DNA of 64,000 bases, taken from assembly GCA_030390025.1 (NCBI GenBank), contig CM059432.1, forward strand, positions 68,884,001 through 68,948,000, read 5' to 3'. The position numbers and the translations under genes were made by a program. This DNA is from Squalus acanthias. Lineage: Eukaryota. The notes below the pieces were generated by a model. That model had not been told where the DNA came from. It saw only the letters and a list, made by a program, of their open reading frames with translations, and ran no database searches. Below are positions 35,552 through 48,719 of the stretch, piece by piece; the first letter of the stretch is position 1; each line of letters begins with the position of its first letter.

Positions 35552-38460
35552 TTACCAAAAACTTGGTCAAAGGGGTTGGTTTTAAGGAGCGTCTTAAAGG
35601 AGGAAAGAGAGATAGAGAGGTGGAGAAATTTAGGAAGGGAATTCCAGAGCTTAGGGCCTTGGCAGCCGAAGGCACGGCCGGCAATGGTGGAGCGATTAAA
35701 ATCAGGGATGCTCAAGAGGAGCGCAGATATCTCGGAGGGTTGCAGGGCTGGAGGCAATTACAGAGATAGGGAGGGGTGAGGCCATGGAGGGACTTGAAAA
35801 CAAGGTTGAGAATATTAAAATCGAGGCGTTGCTTAACCGGGAGCCAATGTAGGTCAGCGAGCACAGGAGTTGATAGATGAATGGGACTTGGTGTAAGTTA
35901 GGACATGTGCAGCAGAGTTTTGGATGACCTCAAGTTTACGGAGGGTAGAATGTGGGAGGACAGGCATTGGAATAGTCAAGTCTAGAGGCAACAAAGGCAT
36001 GGATGAGTACGTTCTTGATCAGTATGTTTCCAGTCCAATGAGGAAGGAGGCATTGCTGGATCTGGTTCTGGGGAATGAGGTGGGTCAAGTAGAGCAAGTG
36101 TCAGTAGGGAAACATTTAGGGAACAGTGATCATAGTATCATAAGGTTTAGATTAACTATGGAAAAGGACAGGGCGCAATCTAGAGTAAAAATACTTAATT
36201 GGAGGAAGGCAAATTTCAGTGGGTTGAGAACGGATCTGGCCAGCGTAAATTGGAATCGATGATTGGCAGGCAAAACTGTAATCAAACAATGGGCTGCCTT
36301 TAAAGAGGAGATAATTCGGGTACAGTCGAGGTACATTCCCACGAGGGGGAAAGGTAGGGCAACTAAAGCCAGAGCTCCCTGGATGACAAAAGAGATAGAG
36401 AGTAAGATGAAGCAGAAAAAGAGCACGTATGACAGATGTCAGGTTGAGAATACAAGTGAGAATCAGGCTGAATATAGAAAATTAAGAGTGGAAGTGAAAA
36501 AGAAAAAAAAAGGGGCAAATAGAGTGTCTGAAAATAGATTGGCAGCTAACATAAAAGGGAATCCAAAAGTCTTCTATAGACATATAAATAATAAATGGGT
36601 AGTAAGAGGAGGGGTGGGGCCAATTAAGGACCAAATAGGAGACCTACGCATGAAGACAGAGGGCATGGCTGAGGTACTAAACAAATACTTTGCATCTGTC
36701 TTCACCAAGGAAGAGGAGGTAGTGGAGATACTGGATGAGATAAAAATTGATAAAGATGAGGTACTAGAAAGGCTGGCTGTACTTAAAGTTGATAAGTCAC
36801 CAGGACCGGATGGGATGCATCCTAGGATGCTGAGGGAGGTTAAGGAGGAAATTGTGGAGGTACTCACCATAATCTTGCAATCCTCCTTAGAGGACTGGAG
36901 AATTGCAAATGTTACATCCTTGTTCAAAAATGGGTGTAAGGATAAACCTAGCAACTACAGGCCAGTCAGTTTAACCTCGGTAGTGGTGTAGGGGGTGGGG
37001 AAGCTTTTAGAAATGATAATCAGGGACAAAGTTAACAGTCACTTGGACAAGTGTGGATTAATTAAGGAAAGGCAGCACGGATTTGTGAAAGGCAAATCGT
37101 GTTTAACTAACTTGATCGAGTTTTTTGATGAGGTAACAGAGAGAGTTGATGAGAGCAATGCGGTTAACGTGGTGCATATGGATTTCCAAAAGGCATTTAA
37201 TAAAGTGCCACATAATAGGCTTGCCAGCAAAGTTGAAGCCCATGGAATAAAAGGGACAGTGGCAGCATGGATACGAAATTGGCTAAGTGACAGGAAACAG
37301 AGAGTAGTGGTGAACGGTTGTTTTTCGGACTGGAGGAAGGCATACAGTGGTGTTCCCCTGGGGTCTGTACTAGGACCACTGCTTTTCTTGATATATATTA
37401 ATGACTTGGACTTGGGTGTACAGGGCACCATTTCAAAATTTGCAGATGGCACAAAACTTGAAAGTATAGTGAACAGTGTAGAGGATAGTGATAGACTTCA
37501 AGAGGACATAAACAGGCTGGTGAAATGGGCGGACACATGGCAGATGAAATTTAACACAGAAAAGTGCGAAGTAATACATTTTGGTAGGAAAAATGAGGAG
37601 AGGCAATATAAACTAAAGGGTACAATCCTAAATTGTATATGTGCACAAATCGTTGAAGGTGGCAGGGCAAGTTGAGAAAGTGGTTAAAAATGCATACAGG
37701 ATAAATAGAGGCATAGAGTACAAAAGCAAGGAAGTTATGATGAACCTTTATAAAACACTGGTTCGGCCTCAACTGGAGTATTGTGTCCAATTCTGGGCAC
37801 TGCACTTTAGGAAGGATGTGAAGGCCTTAGAGAGGGTGCAGAAAAGATTTACAAGAATGATTTCAGGAATGAGGGACTTCAGTTATGTGGATAGACTGGA
37901 GAAGCTGGGGTTGTTCTCCTTAGAGCAGAGAAGGTTGAAAGGAGATTTGATAGAGGTATTCAAAATCATGAGGGGTCTAGACAGAGTAAGTAGAGAGAAA
38001 CTGTTCTCATTGGTGAAGGGTTGAAAACCAGAGGACACAGATTCAAGGTGATTGGCAAAAGAGCCAAATGCAACATGAGGAAAAAAATTTTACGCCGTGA
38101 GTGGTTAGGATCTGGAATGCACTGCCTGAAAGGATGGTGGAGGCAGACTCAATCGTGGCTTTCAAAAGGGATTGGATAAGTACCTCAAAGAAAAAAAATT
38201 GCAGGGCTACGGGGAAAGGTCGGGGGAGTGGGACTAACTGAAATGCTCTTGGAGAGAGCCAGCACGGGCTTGACGGGCCGAATAGCCTCCTTCTGTGCTG
38301 TAATCATTCTATGATTCTATGAGGGTTTCAGCCTTTGCTGGCCTAATATCTCCTTATGTGGCTCGGTGTCAAATTTAGTTTGATAACGTTTCTGTGAAGT
38401 GCCTTGGGACGTTTTAATATGTTAAAAGCGCTATATAAATGCAAGTTGTTTTTGTTGTTG
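35552..38460. mobile_element. L2 3' end with inverted upstream segment (minus 35552-36007 plus 38324-38332; plus-strand tail 38341-38460), interrupted by CR1
   Basis: The minus segment matches 32525-32990. GGCATGGATGAG|GGTTTCAGC is split by the CR1. The tail matches 19063-19170. Confidence 0.75.
36008..38318 (+). mobile_element. CR1 LINE, 5'-truncated, 2.3 kb (EN end, RT, 3'UTR)
   Basis: LLDLVL..LGNSDH, KSPGPDGMHPR, NYRPVSLTSV, QHGFVKGKSCLTNL, SGVPLGSVLGPLLF and KFADGTK motifs. (ATTCTATG)n tail. ATGAG duplicated at 36003-36007 and 38319-38323. Confidence 0.95.
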
Positions 38461-38462
38461 CT

Positions 38463-38625
38463 GTTATCACATTGCTGTTTGTGGGAGCTTGCTGTGCGCA
38501 AATTGGCTGCCACGTTTCTTACACAATAACAGTGACTACACTTCAAAAGTAAATCATTGGCTGTAAAGCGCTTTGAGATGTCCTGAGGTTGTGAAAGGCG
38601 CTATATAAATGCAAGTTCTTTCTTT
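38463..38625 (+). mobile_element. Deu-SINE 3' part
   Basis: Near-identical to 1337-1495. Confidence 0.8.
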
Positions 38626-39231
38626 GTTTACACTTTGTAGCCCAAGGTTTGCTGCAAAAAAATTGGCCACTGGACTTTAAGTTACATAGCTCCATACCAC
38701 ACCAGCACAGTTCCTTGTTCAGTGCTGAAAGGATCCAATTGCAATAAAACTGTTAACCAGTTCACTTTCCAGTTTGCATATCTCATGATGCATTCACGCA
38801 ATGAAATGATATAATTACCTTGCTGCATTCAGGGAAACCTGTGCATACACCCTAAAGTTTTATTTTTTTTAGTGCAGAGAATATATTTTCCTGTTTTAAT
38901 ATACCTGGAACAGAACTCAAACCATTCAACTCAGGAACAGGTAAACAAAGGTATTATGGCTGGATCTGCATTTCTATAACCTGCTGGTCTTTATATAAAA
39001 TAGAACAATTTTAATTACTAATTCAGCAATCCAATAAAAACAAACCAATAGAACATCCTGGTGACACGGTGGCTTGGCTCTAATGTAGTGTTACTTAATG
39101 CTAGGGCAAAGATTTGTGTCCACAATTCATCTAGTTGTGAGTTCCAAAGTTTGGCTAGGTCATGGTCACCTTCTATACAGAATGAGGCAAAATAGACAGA
39201 TCATAACTTGAATCTGGTCACTTAGCTGTGT

Positions 39232-39660
39232 GTCAGCTTGGCTCAATTAGTAGCACTGTTCCTCTGAGGCAAAAGGTTCTGGGTATGAGCTACACACCAG
39301 ACCTTGAGTATCTAATCTAAGCTGACCATCCATTGCAGTACTGACCGAGTGCTGCACTGTCAGAAGTGTTGTCCTTTGAATGAGATGCTAAAATGAAGTT
39401 GTGGTTCAGGTGGACGTTAAAGATCCCATGGCATTGTTGAAGAGCAGAGAGCTCTCCTCGTATCCTGGTCAACATTGCTCCCTCAACACCAGCCAAAAAC
39501 AAATTAGCTAGTCATTCATTTCATGGGTGTTTGAGGGGTGTTGGTACCACAGAATTGGCGCCTAATTTTTCTACATAACAGCAGTGCTACTTAAACATGA
39601 ATTCTTTGTATGAAGTGGTTTGAGATGTTTAATGTGATCAGGTGCTATGCAACTGTAAAT
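39232..39660 (+). mobile_element. Diverged Deu-domain SINE
   Basis: TGGCTCAATTAG head, GCAGTACTGA..GTGCTGCACTGTCAGA and GATCCCATGGCA core. Confidence 0.7.
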
Positions 39661-41194
39661 AGATAGTATTACCTGCCCTGCTAACACTTCATTTATATTG
39701 TGAAGCTGTGTACATTCCAGCTTTGGGCTCCTGCTGGTAAAACCAGCCTGTTTACATTGGAAAAAGCTCTGACCAAAAATACATGGCAACTGTTGCACAG
39801 CTGCTCACCTCAAGCTCTATCACTCCTCCCCATGTTACACTGAAGCTCTTTTGGGGACACTTACTGCCATCATAGCTCCTTTTATTCAAAAAGAGTTCTG
39901 GTGATTAAGATGTGGGAAGCCAATGCTGGGAAACTTTTCCACATCAGACACCCTAGGGTATATTTTAGTCTTCACTGCCTGGGCAGGAATCTGGCAGGGC
40001 AGATTGGATGTCCTTTACAGAAGATAATGGAACCTTGCCTTTCATTCCATTCATTTCCATAGAATGAATATCAGGTGGGTTTTGTACAGGGCATGCAATC
40101 TGCCCCGCCAGATTAGCATCAAGCACGCTTAGTTCAACTTAAGCAAAATATTGCACCGACGGATAAACATGCTAAGCAAGGTCTGCTATAAGGGTTATTG
40201 AAATGATTGTCCTTGATTTATAGTCCTGTGTAATAGGAGACCTTGAATTGCAGAGCAACAGATCCATGCTACATATGATACATTCCTTGTCACAAAGTGC
40301 ACGTAGCTGTTGTTGTTGTAACTACCAAACAAACCTGATGCTGTTTGGACTTCTGACTTCCCCATTCAACTCCTTATAAACAGGAGCTTCTGGGTGTGCA
40401 CTGATAGATCTGAGGCTGATGTTATTTTATTTACTTTAATTTCCACTTGGCGGTGGGAATGCACATTTCATGCAGATGTAACTTTATGCCCTAAGCAGAT
40501 AGGGAGTAATAATGATGAGTGAATAATGAGACTTAATTCTGAGAAAGTGTTTACAAACTACTTGAATAATAAAGAGCTGCCTGTTTCTATTGTTGGGAGG
40601 GAATACCTGACAGTGTCTCTTTAGACAGTTACCTTTATACGCAAGATCAGCTTTCCAATGCCCCCTTTGAACTTTGAGAATAGTTCCCTAAATATCATGC
40701 TGTAACTTAGTGTACTGTGGAGTTTTTATAACATGCATACTCTGTTGGTATGGATTCCTGAAATACGATTGTGCTATGAGAATGTTGCATCTCTGTACAA
40801 CATCAAGTATAGAAACTCATTGCTGGTGCAGACAGATATTGAAGGAGAGTGATATGTACCATGATATGAACAAACCCTAGTACAGAAGCTGAAAGTCCTG
40901 AGGCATGATTTTGCAGTACAGCGACCGTGGGCTGGGCATTGTCACCTCCAAGTCTTCAGGTGAAATGTTTGAGGAATCCTGTCAACAAGTGATGAAAATG
41001 AGGCCAAAAGACGTGATTAATGACTGAATTTTAATTTGATTCAATTATGACTACAATTTTGTTCTAAATTACTGATAATATTTCAACATATATGCTACAT
41101 AATAACAGTACAGTACTGTAATTATACTTGGAATGGAAGTAAGCTTGGTGCTGTGGAAGATCAGAGTTACAGATTCACATATTTAATGGCAATA

Positions 41195-41665
41195 TCTCAG
41201 ATTGACAAGGCTGTAAAAAAGTTTCATTCTAGCTTTTATCACTAGAGGTATAGAATATAAAAGCCAAGAGATAACGATGAACCTATATAAAACCTTAAAA
41301 CCTGAGTTAGGGTACTGTGTGCAGTATTAGCTCCACATTATAGGAAAGGTAATGAAGCTTTGGAGAGTGTACAATACAGGTTTACTAGGATATTGGCTGT
41401 TATGAGGAAAAACAAATATGAAGAAAGACTTGTAAAATTGGGGCTGTTTTCATTAGAACAACACAGATTACAGGGTGATATGATAAAAATGTTTAAAATT
41501 TTGAAAGGAAGAGACAGGGTAGACAGAAGCAGACTGTTCCCAATAGTTGAGGGGTCTAGAACAAGGGCCCATAGATATAAAATTAAATGTAAAAGATTTA
41601 GATCAGAGAGCAAGAGAAACCTCTTTACATAGAGAATTCTGAAGCTGTGGAATTCACTCCCAGTG
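41195..41665 (+). mobile_element. Diverged CR1 fragment
   Basis: ESVQYRFTRI..YEERLVKLGLFSLEQHRLQGDMI. Confidence 0.85.
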
Positions 41666-41668
41666 TTA

Positions 41669-42245
41669 GGGGTGGAAATTCCTTTAGGCCCATTTTCGCA
41701 CACGGAACACGCGCCAAATCGGGAGGCCGTATACCAGTCCGTAATTGGACCTCGGACTTCATTAACATTATTTGGGTGAGCTAGTGGCACCTGTAAGCCT
41801 CCATAGGCCGTTCGCCCATTTTAAGAAGACATATGTCGGTCCACTTGCCTTGGAGGCAGCGGCTCCAGGGTATGTCCTGGAAGGGGGCTGGAGCAGCAAC
41901 AGGGAGGGGGTGATTGGGAGTACTATGGAGTCAGAGGAGCACACCTGTTTCTCTTGGCTCCACAGGGCCAAGTTTTAAAAGCTTACCGCCTGCCAACATT
42001 CCCTCTAAGCTACCGGTCCCGCGCAGCCCGAGACCGGCTTTTCCAATGTGAAATTTTGTGCATGTGCGAAACTTTGAACGGGCCGCGTAGCCTGTTAAAG
42101 GGACCGCGCACTCAAATTTAAAATTGGGGGAACATTCCCGCCGCTGGAAAATCCGGATCCGTCATGACTGTTCTGCTCATGTCTATGTCAGTCTCAGCAC
42201 CTAGAATCCACATGCAGTGGCTGCATTTGTTTTTTTTAATATGCC
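41669..42245. mobile_element. Probable Harbinger-type non-autonomous fragment
   Basis: Starts GGGGTGGAAATT immediately after TTA, truncating the CR1. GC/CpG-rich. Right TIR not found. Confidence 0.5.
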
Positions 42246-42450
42246 GGGAGCAAGTGGTAGCCAAGCGCAAACAGCGGACGGAGCGCACGTCAACCCAAGC
42301 ACCCCACCCACCACCCCCCTTCAACCACCGTCTGCCCCACCTGTGACAGAGACTGTAGGTCCCGCATTGGACTCATCAGTCACCTGAGAACTCATTTTTA
42401 GTGTGGAAGCAAGTCATCCTCGGTTCCGAGGGACTGCCTAAGAAGAGAAG
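42246..42450 (+). mobile_element. RTE-clade LINE 3' end
   Basis: AKRKQR.. then TVCPTCDRDCRSRIGLISHLRTH (C-terminal CCHH motif of RTE ORFs), a short 3'UTR and an (AAG)-like tail. Confidence 0.7.
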
Positions 42451-43264
42451 GTGCTAATCTTTGGTCCAATTTGTGACCAGACTAAATAATTCCACACTGC
42501 TTTCAAGAATACCAGCTACAAATTTCTGACAAATGAAGGTTTGCAGCTATTAACAATTTAAAATGGAGCCAAATTACAACTCACACCCATGCAAGTCTTT
42601 CTTTCTCGGTACATGGGATGTGCCTTTGCAGTGATAAGGTCAAGAGGCTGATGAGTCAGTTCTATTGTATTTATGCAAACTTTATGTCAATACTACCTGG
42701 TGGAGGTCAGTCCAGTATAATACAATGGGGCTAAGTATATTTAATGAGATGGAAATTAGCCCCTGATAGCAATGCCTAGATTAGAGATTGATTGAAGTCT
42801 CACCTAGGAACAATCCTAATTGGCATATATTCTATAGAAAACTTTTGGGCTGCTTCATAGCTTTTCATGTAATCAGCATGGTAACACTTTCAGTAACAGG
42901 AATAGTACTCTAAAAAAAGGTGTCTTTCATCTTCAAAAGATCAATTTACACAAAATGCGATAGAGACATTCTGTGTGGCTTCATTGCACTTACATTAATG
43001 TTTGAATCCCGCCATGTTTATACAACAATAATCAAAGTATTGCTCCACACAGGATAGAGTGTGATAGTATGATTTCACTATTGCAATAATGCCCCCATGG
43101 ACTGAGTGTAAAATGCAAACATCAAAAAGTGAATTTTAATGTTTGCACAGTATTGAACCTTCAGTCACTCTGGAATCAATGGTCCTTCAGCAAAGGGAAG
43201 TACCAACTCTGGGATTTAATGGGATAGCATTTCCTTTAAAAAAAGTGTTAGATCAACCTTTTTA

Positions 43265-43410
43265 AAAATAAAAACAGAAAATGCTGGAAATACACAGCAG
43301 ATCGGGTGAGTAACCTTCAGAACACACCTGAGATGTTATTACCTGTTGTTTCTCTTTACAAATGTTAACTGAGTTGCAGTGTGTTTCCAGCATTTTCTGT
43401 GTTTATTACA
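43265..43410. repeat. Inverted pair of Penelope terminal fragments
   Basis: ACAGAAAATGCTGGAAATACAC ... GTGTTTCCAGCATTTTCTGT. Confidence 0.65.
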
Positions 43411-43787
43411 GAATTTTGGCATTTGCAAATTTTCCTTTTTATACACTTTTTTGTTTGGAATTGCAGAAGAGCTGGAAGATCTTAAACAAAAAATGTGCGA
43501 ATGCTGAAAAAACTGGTTATGTGAGCCGAGAAAGCCTCTTAGAGGGCAAATGACAAAGAAGGTTGGAGGCAAACAGACTGGTAGCACATGAGTTTTATTA
43601 ATGCTGCAGCAGATAATTATTCAATGATGACTGTTTACATACTGGAAATTTTCCACAAAATAAAAAAAAATAGTTTTTCAGCAGCAGTGTGATGGTGCAT
43701 TTTATTGGAGTATCAATGGGACAGGAACAAAGCAACACAGCAACACCATGGAGTTTTAGAAGGAAGTTTTAGATCAGTGAAAGCACT

Positions 43788-46385
43788 GGCCGGGATTTTC
43801 CTTACCTCGGCGGGTCCAGGGCGGGCGATGTCGGTGGCGGTTTGTGACCCCGCTGCTGGCTCCATCTCTCTGTCTGAAATAAATTTCCGTTGATTGGGCT
43901 TGTTAAGCCCGCCCAGCGCGTTTCCCAGGCCAATTAGAGGAAGTGGATCTGGTGACATCATTAATGACGCGTCATCAGCCGGTTTCCTTAAAGGGACCAT
44001 GACCAGCTTTATTTTGACATTTGTGCTGTCAGTGTTCTACAGCATTGAAATGCTATAAACACTGACAATGACTACACAGAGGCAGAGGGCTGTACCCAGG
44101 TTCTCCAATGATATGGAGGGTGTCAGAGTACGCAGGGAGATCCTCTTCCCTTCCGATGGGCGGAAGACACCTCCCCAGGAGCCCAACACAGCCTGGTTGC
44201 ACATTGCACAGGAGGGCACAAGCAGGCATGTGGTCAGGAGAACCTGGGTTCAGTGGCACAAACATTTCAATGATCTCAGTAGATCACAAAATGTTAGTAC
44301 AAAGCCACACTCAACCTCATCCTGCTGTGCCTCTCATCACATCCCCATCACTCTGCCTTCCCTACCCTACTCCTGCACATCCTTATTCACACCAACATAC
44401 CTTGCACCTCCGCCCATCCCTCTCTATCTACATTATCACATCTCCATCTCACTAGCCACCCCTCACACTCACCCTCATCCTTGTGCAATCATGCCAACTA
44501 ACAGCACACAAAGGTAGCCACTTGGGTGTTTTATCCAATGTTTATGTGAAGTTTCTGTTAATGTGCTGTCAAACATTGAAATCTTTATTTTCAACACTTT
44601 GGTGGTGATTTTGCCAATGGGGACGTGATGGAGGCGGGACTGCTGCTTGTCGGGTTTCAGTCCCGCCTCCATCAACGTCCGGCCAGCCCATGCAATTTTC
44701 CCTTGATTGACCTTGTTAAGCCCGTCCAGCGGGTTTAGCCGGCCAATTAAGGGAAAGCCGGTGACAGAGAACGTCAGCGTATGACGTTTCATCTGTCAAA
44801 AATTTTTGACAGATGAATTGTCATCGTTTGACAGCTTTGAGAACCTGTCAAACACTGACAGTCTCTGTTGTTTGGTGAGTTCTTGTACGCAAGACTCACA
44901 AAACCTATTTTCTGAGCAGAAAGCAGATGACTGTTGCATCGGAGAATGCAGCAGCCATTCTGTCATCTCTGCCGGTGAAATGCTGGAGCCTCCGGATCCC
45001 CAACGATTGAAGCCTGCAGGAAGAAACAAAGGTAAGTAAACTTTTTCTATCACTTTTCACTCACCTCACATACTTACCTCTCCACACTTGCACCCATCAC
45101 TCACCTCCACAGCGCACTTTTCGACCCCTCCGACCCCCGCAGACCCACTGCTCGCCTCGCTGACCCTGGCGGGGTTTCCTGACATCGGGAAGCCCGCACT
45201 TCTGTTGGAAAAATGGGGATAATCCTCTTAACTGCCTGTTAACTACCTGTTAACAGGCAGTTAAGTGGCTGTAATCCCCTTCCCGCCTCGAGGAGACGGG
45301 ACCCGGCGCAGGTCGGGTACCCGCCTCCTGGGAAGATGGCACGGAGGTGGGTTGGGGGCAGGATGGATACCTGCCCCCAGTTTCTGCCATTTTCCCGGCA
45401 GTCCCACCTCCAAACCCGCCTACCCAGGGCTGGCAAAATCACCCCCTTTGTGTTCTTGGACAGATTTGTGTGCACCTTTGGAAGTGGCTTAGTGAGTTGC
45501 AGTGAATGGTGAGACATAATGGTACCCTCCGCAATGGTGATGAGTGTGAAAGGAATGGCTTGCTTTATGATGTTGGTGTGGGGTGGTGCCAACCTGGTGC
45601 ATCATGTGGCAGCCACATGGGTGTACAGCGTAAAGTGAAGTAAATCTGGCCATGGTGAGGCCATCCCTGGCCTCCCAGGCAGCAATGTGCTCGGGTGCTG
45701 ATGCCCTGTGTCCTGTGCAGCATCAGGTGATTGCGGAGAAGGTTGGTGTTGTTGTTGGTGCTGTTGGTGTGCCTGGTGCTTCTGGTGTTGGGGCTCATCG
45801 TGGTCTGATTCTGAGGACCAAGGTGAGACAGTATAAATGGCACCCATACTGATGGAATAGATGGCAAGTGAAGTACAGATGACAGAAGCGATCTGTCAAT
45901 GGAGAGAGAGGTAGTGAGGTGAGACTAGATGGAGACTTCTTGTGGAAAGACTTGCAGCAGGGTGAACCTGTTGTGGAAATGCAGTGAGGAACAGCTTGTG
46001 GCTGAGGAAAGTGATCTCTGTCAGGTGGGAGCTTTTACTGTACATTTGAAGCTGTCAATTAATCAGCTGGAGCAATGGCCACTGGCCTCCCGCCTCAGGT
46101 TGACAGCCGTGGTCCCCGAACAGCGTGGTTCCCGTGGCCATGAAGTTAGAGTTAAAAAGTAAGGTAAAAAAAGCCTGTTAAGGGTCTGGTAAGTATATTA
46201 TAATTAGTTTAATTGGGTCGCCCGCCGCTGCCTGTCGGGTCTGCTCAGCGCTGACAGACCCGACATTGGGAAAGGCACGCTGCAGCGGGTTGACAGCGGG
46301 TTCCTGACCCGCTGTCAAAAAAAACCCACTTTCCCACCCAACCCGCCTCCAATCCTGCCCGCTGACACCCTGGAAAATTTCGGTC
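43788..46385. mobile_element. Internally deleted Harbinger element (same family as 4999-6751, inverted), with nested MITE
   Basis: TIRs GGCCGGGATTTTCC / GACCGAAATTTTCC (rc), flanks ACT/TCT. Myb exon 1 remnant 44068-44290 (AWLHIAQEGTSRHVVRRTWVQWHKHFNDLSR). Confidence 0.85.
44601..45446. mobile_element. Nested Harbinger-type MITE (846 bp)
   Basis: TIRs GGTGGTGATTTTGCCA / GGGGGTGATTTTGCCA (15/16) and TTT TSD. Absent from the paralogous site near 5950. Confidence 0.92.
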
Positions 46386-46485
46386 TCTGACTTTAGAAAA
46401 TGCAACATAAGTGAGGCCAGGTGAATTTTGATTATTCTGACTGTCATGATATGTTTCTGGTGGTAAACAGAAAGTGAACCACATT

Positions 46486-47058
46486 GGCCCATATTTTCCG
46501 ACCCCCACAGGTGCGTACGAGATGCGTACACACCCATAGGGACCGTAAGAGCTGCTTTTACCAGAATAAAGTTTAAAAAAATAGAAAAATAAGATTTTAT
46601 CACTCACTTATAAATTAAAAACCCGGTCCAATAAGGTAAGTTTGTATTAAGCCCCGTTAAAACATGTTAAAAAAAATTCAAAAAATTCAATTTTTGTTTA
46701 ACATATGAAACATTTTAATTCATTTTATATATGTAATGGTTTTTATTTATTTATTTCAGTGTGTTGGCGCATTTTTGTAGTCATCCCCATTCATACTTTT
46801 GAAAGTTCCGTGCGTACAGAACTGTCAAAAGTATGAAGGGGAATCCCCTTCTTCCATTGGTTGAGCTGGCCAACGTGATCCCAGGGGCGCTTGTGAACTG
46901 CATGCGCCCCTGGGATACGTGGGCCTCTGTGCATTTCCAAGAGGAGAGGCCCAGGATCGCAAGCCTCCGTATCTCCGGGACCAGCAGGTAGGTTCGTAGA
47001 TTTTTTGCTGATCGGAGGCATCCGCCCACAGGAAGCCTCCGATCGGAAATTCAGGGCC
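46486..47058. mobile_element. Harbinger-type MITE (573 bp), shorter relative of 24580-25341
   Basis: TIRs GGCCCATATTTTCCGA / GGCCCTGAATTTCCGA (rc), flanks ATT/ATA. Shared CACGTATCCCAG..CCTGGGATCACGT block in reverse orientation. Confidence 0.82.
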
Positions 47059-47811
47059 ATTAACTTGGTTGTTGATTTGGCTCCTCTTGTTTACCACAAG
47101 CAAGGTTTAAGTATAAGATAATGGGGCTGTAAGCTGTATAGGATCAGCAGGGAATGCTACTAAACTTACTGTCATGTTCGGCAGGTTGTATTTTGTTTAT
47201 GCCTTTGTCCCACCACAGTGTGGTTCTGAGTCTATCTGTCATGTAGAAGAGTAAAATTAAAAGATCTAAATTTACAGTTTTCAGCACAGTATATGCAAAT
47301 GTTGACTCCTAAATGTAGCTGAAGAATATAATAAAGAAATATTGTGCATTTATATAGTGCCTTTCACTACATTCCAAAGCGCTTCAAACCAGAAGCTTTT
47401 TCCTCAGCTGAGAATTCTCCTCAACCATGGTAAACAGGGCCTTCAACTGTATTCATCCCATTTCCTGCACTTCCGCCCTTACCCCTTCTCCTCCCTCCCA
47501 GAACCATGATATTGTGTCCCATGTCCTCACCTTCCACCCCAGCAGCATTTGCATTCAATGGATAATACTTTACCACTTCCGCCACCTCCAATGTGATCCC
47601 ACAACCATTCTGAAGGGACTGTTCCCTCCATGACACCCTGGTCCACTCTTCCATCATCTCTAACACCTGCACTCCTTCCCACGACACCTTCTGATGTAAG
47701 CGTAGAACATACAACACCCGCCCTTTGACTTCCTCCTATAGCACTGTCCAGTGCCCCAAACACACCTTCCGGGTGAGACAGAGATTTACTTGTACTTTTT
47801 CCAACCTAATA

Positions 47812-47982
47812 TATTATCTGGTCATTATCTCATAGCTGTTTGTGGGACCTTGTGTGCAAATTGTCTGCCGCATTTCCTGCATTACAACAATGATTCCACT
47901 TCAAAAGTACTTCATTAGCTGTAAAGCAATTTGGGACATTCTGAGGTTGTGAAAGGTGCTATATAAATGCAAGTTCTTTCTT
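47812..47982 (+). mobile_element. Deu-SINE 3' part nested in Penelope
   Basis: Matches 1325-1495. Confidence 0.8.
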
Positions 47983-48180
47983 TCACTATGTTCGCTGCTC
48001 TCGATGCTGTCTCCTCTACATCAGGGAGACTAAATGTATATTGGGTGATTGCTTTGGCGAGCACCTCTGTTCTGTCCGCATGTGCAAGCTTGAGCTTCCG
48101 GTCGCTTGCCACTTTAGTTCTTTGTCGCACTCTCACTCTGACCACTCTATCCTTGGCCTCCTACATTGTTCCAATGAAGC

Positions 48181-48719
48181 TCAAGGCACAAGTAAGGAGT
48201 GAGATGGAATACTCTCCACTTGCCTGGATGAGTGCAGCTGCAACAACACTCAAGAAGCTCGACACCGTCCAGGACAAAGCAGCCCACTTGATTGGCACCC
48301 CATCCACCACCTTAAACATTCACTCCCTCCACCACCGGCGTACCGTGGCTGCAGTGTGTACCGTCTACAAGATGCACTGCAGCAACTCACCAAGGCTTCT
48401 TCGGCAGCACTTCCCAAACCTGCGACCTCTACCACCTAGAAGGACAAGGGCAGTAGGCGCATGGGAACACCACCACCTCCAAGTTCCCCTCCAAGTCACA
48501 CACCACCCTGACTTAGAAGTATATCGCTGTTTCTTCATTGTCGCTGGGTCAAAATCCTGGAACTCCCTCCCTAACAGCACTGTGGGAGTACCTTCACCAC
48601 ACGGATTGCAGTGGTTCAAGATGGCGGCTCACCACCACCTTCTCAAGGGCAACTAGGGATGGGCAATAAATGCTGGCATTGCCAGCGATGCCCAGATCCC
48701 ATAAGCGAATAAAAAAAAA
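48181..48719 (+). mobile_element. LINE 3' end (CR1/L2 group, different family) nested in Penelope
   Basis: KAQVRSEMEYSPLAW..LKKLDTVQDKAAHLI..SLHHRRTVAA..KSWNSLP, then AATAAA and an oligo-A tail. Confidence 0.75.

Noticed and set aside
47967..48656. 229-aa ORF with a hydrophobic N-terminus
   Set aside because: Chance read-through across SINE, Penelope (wrong frame) and LINE fragments.
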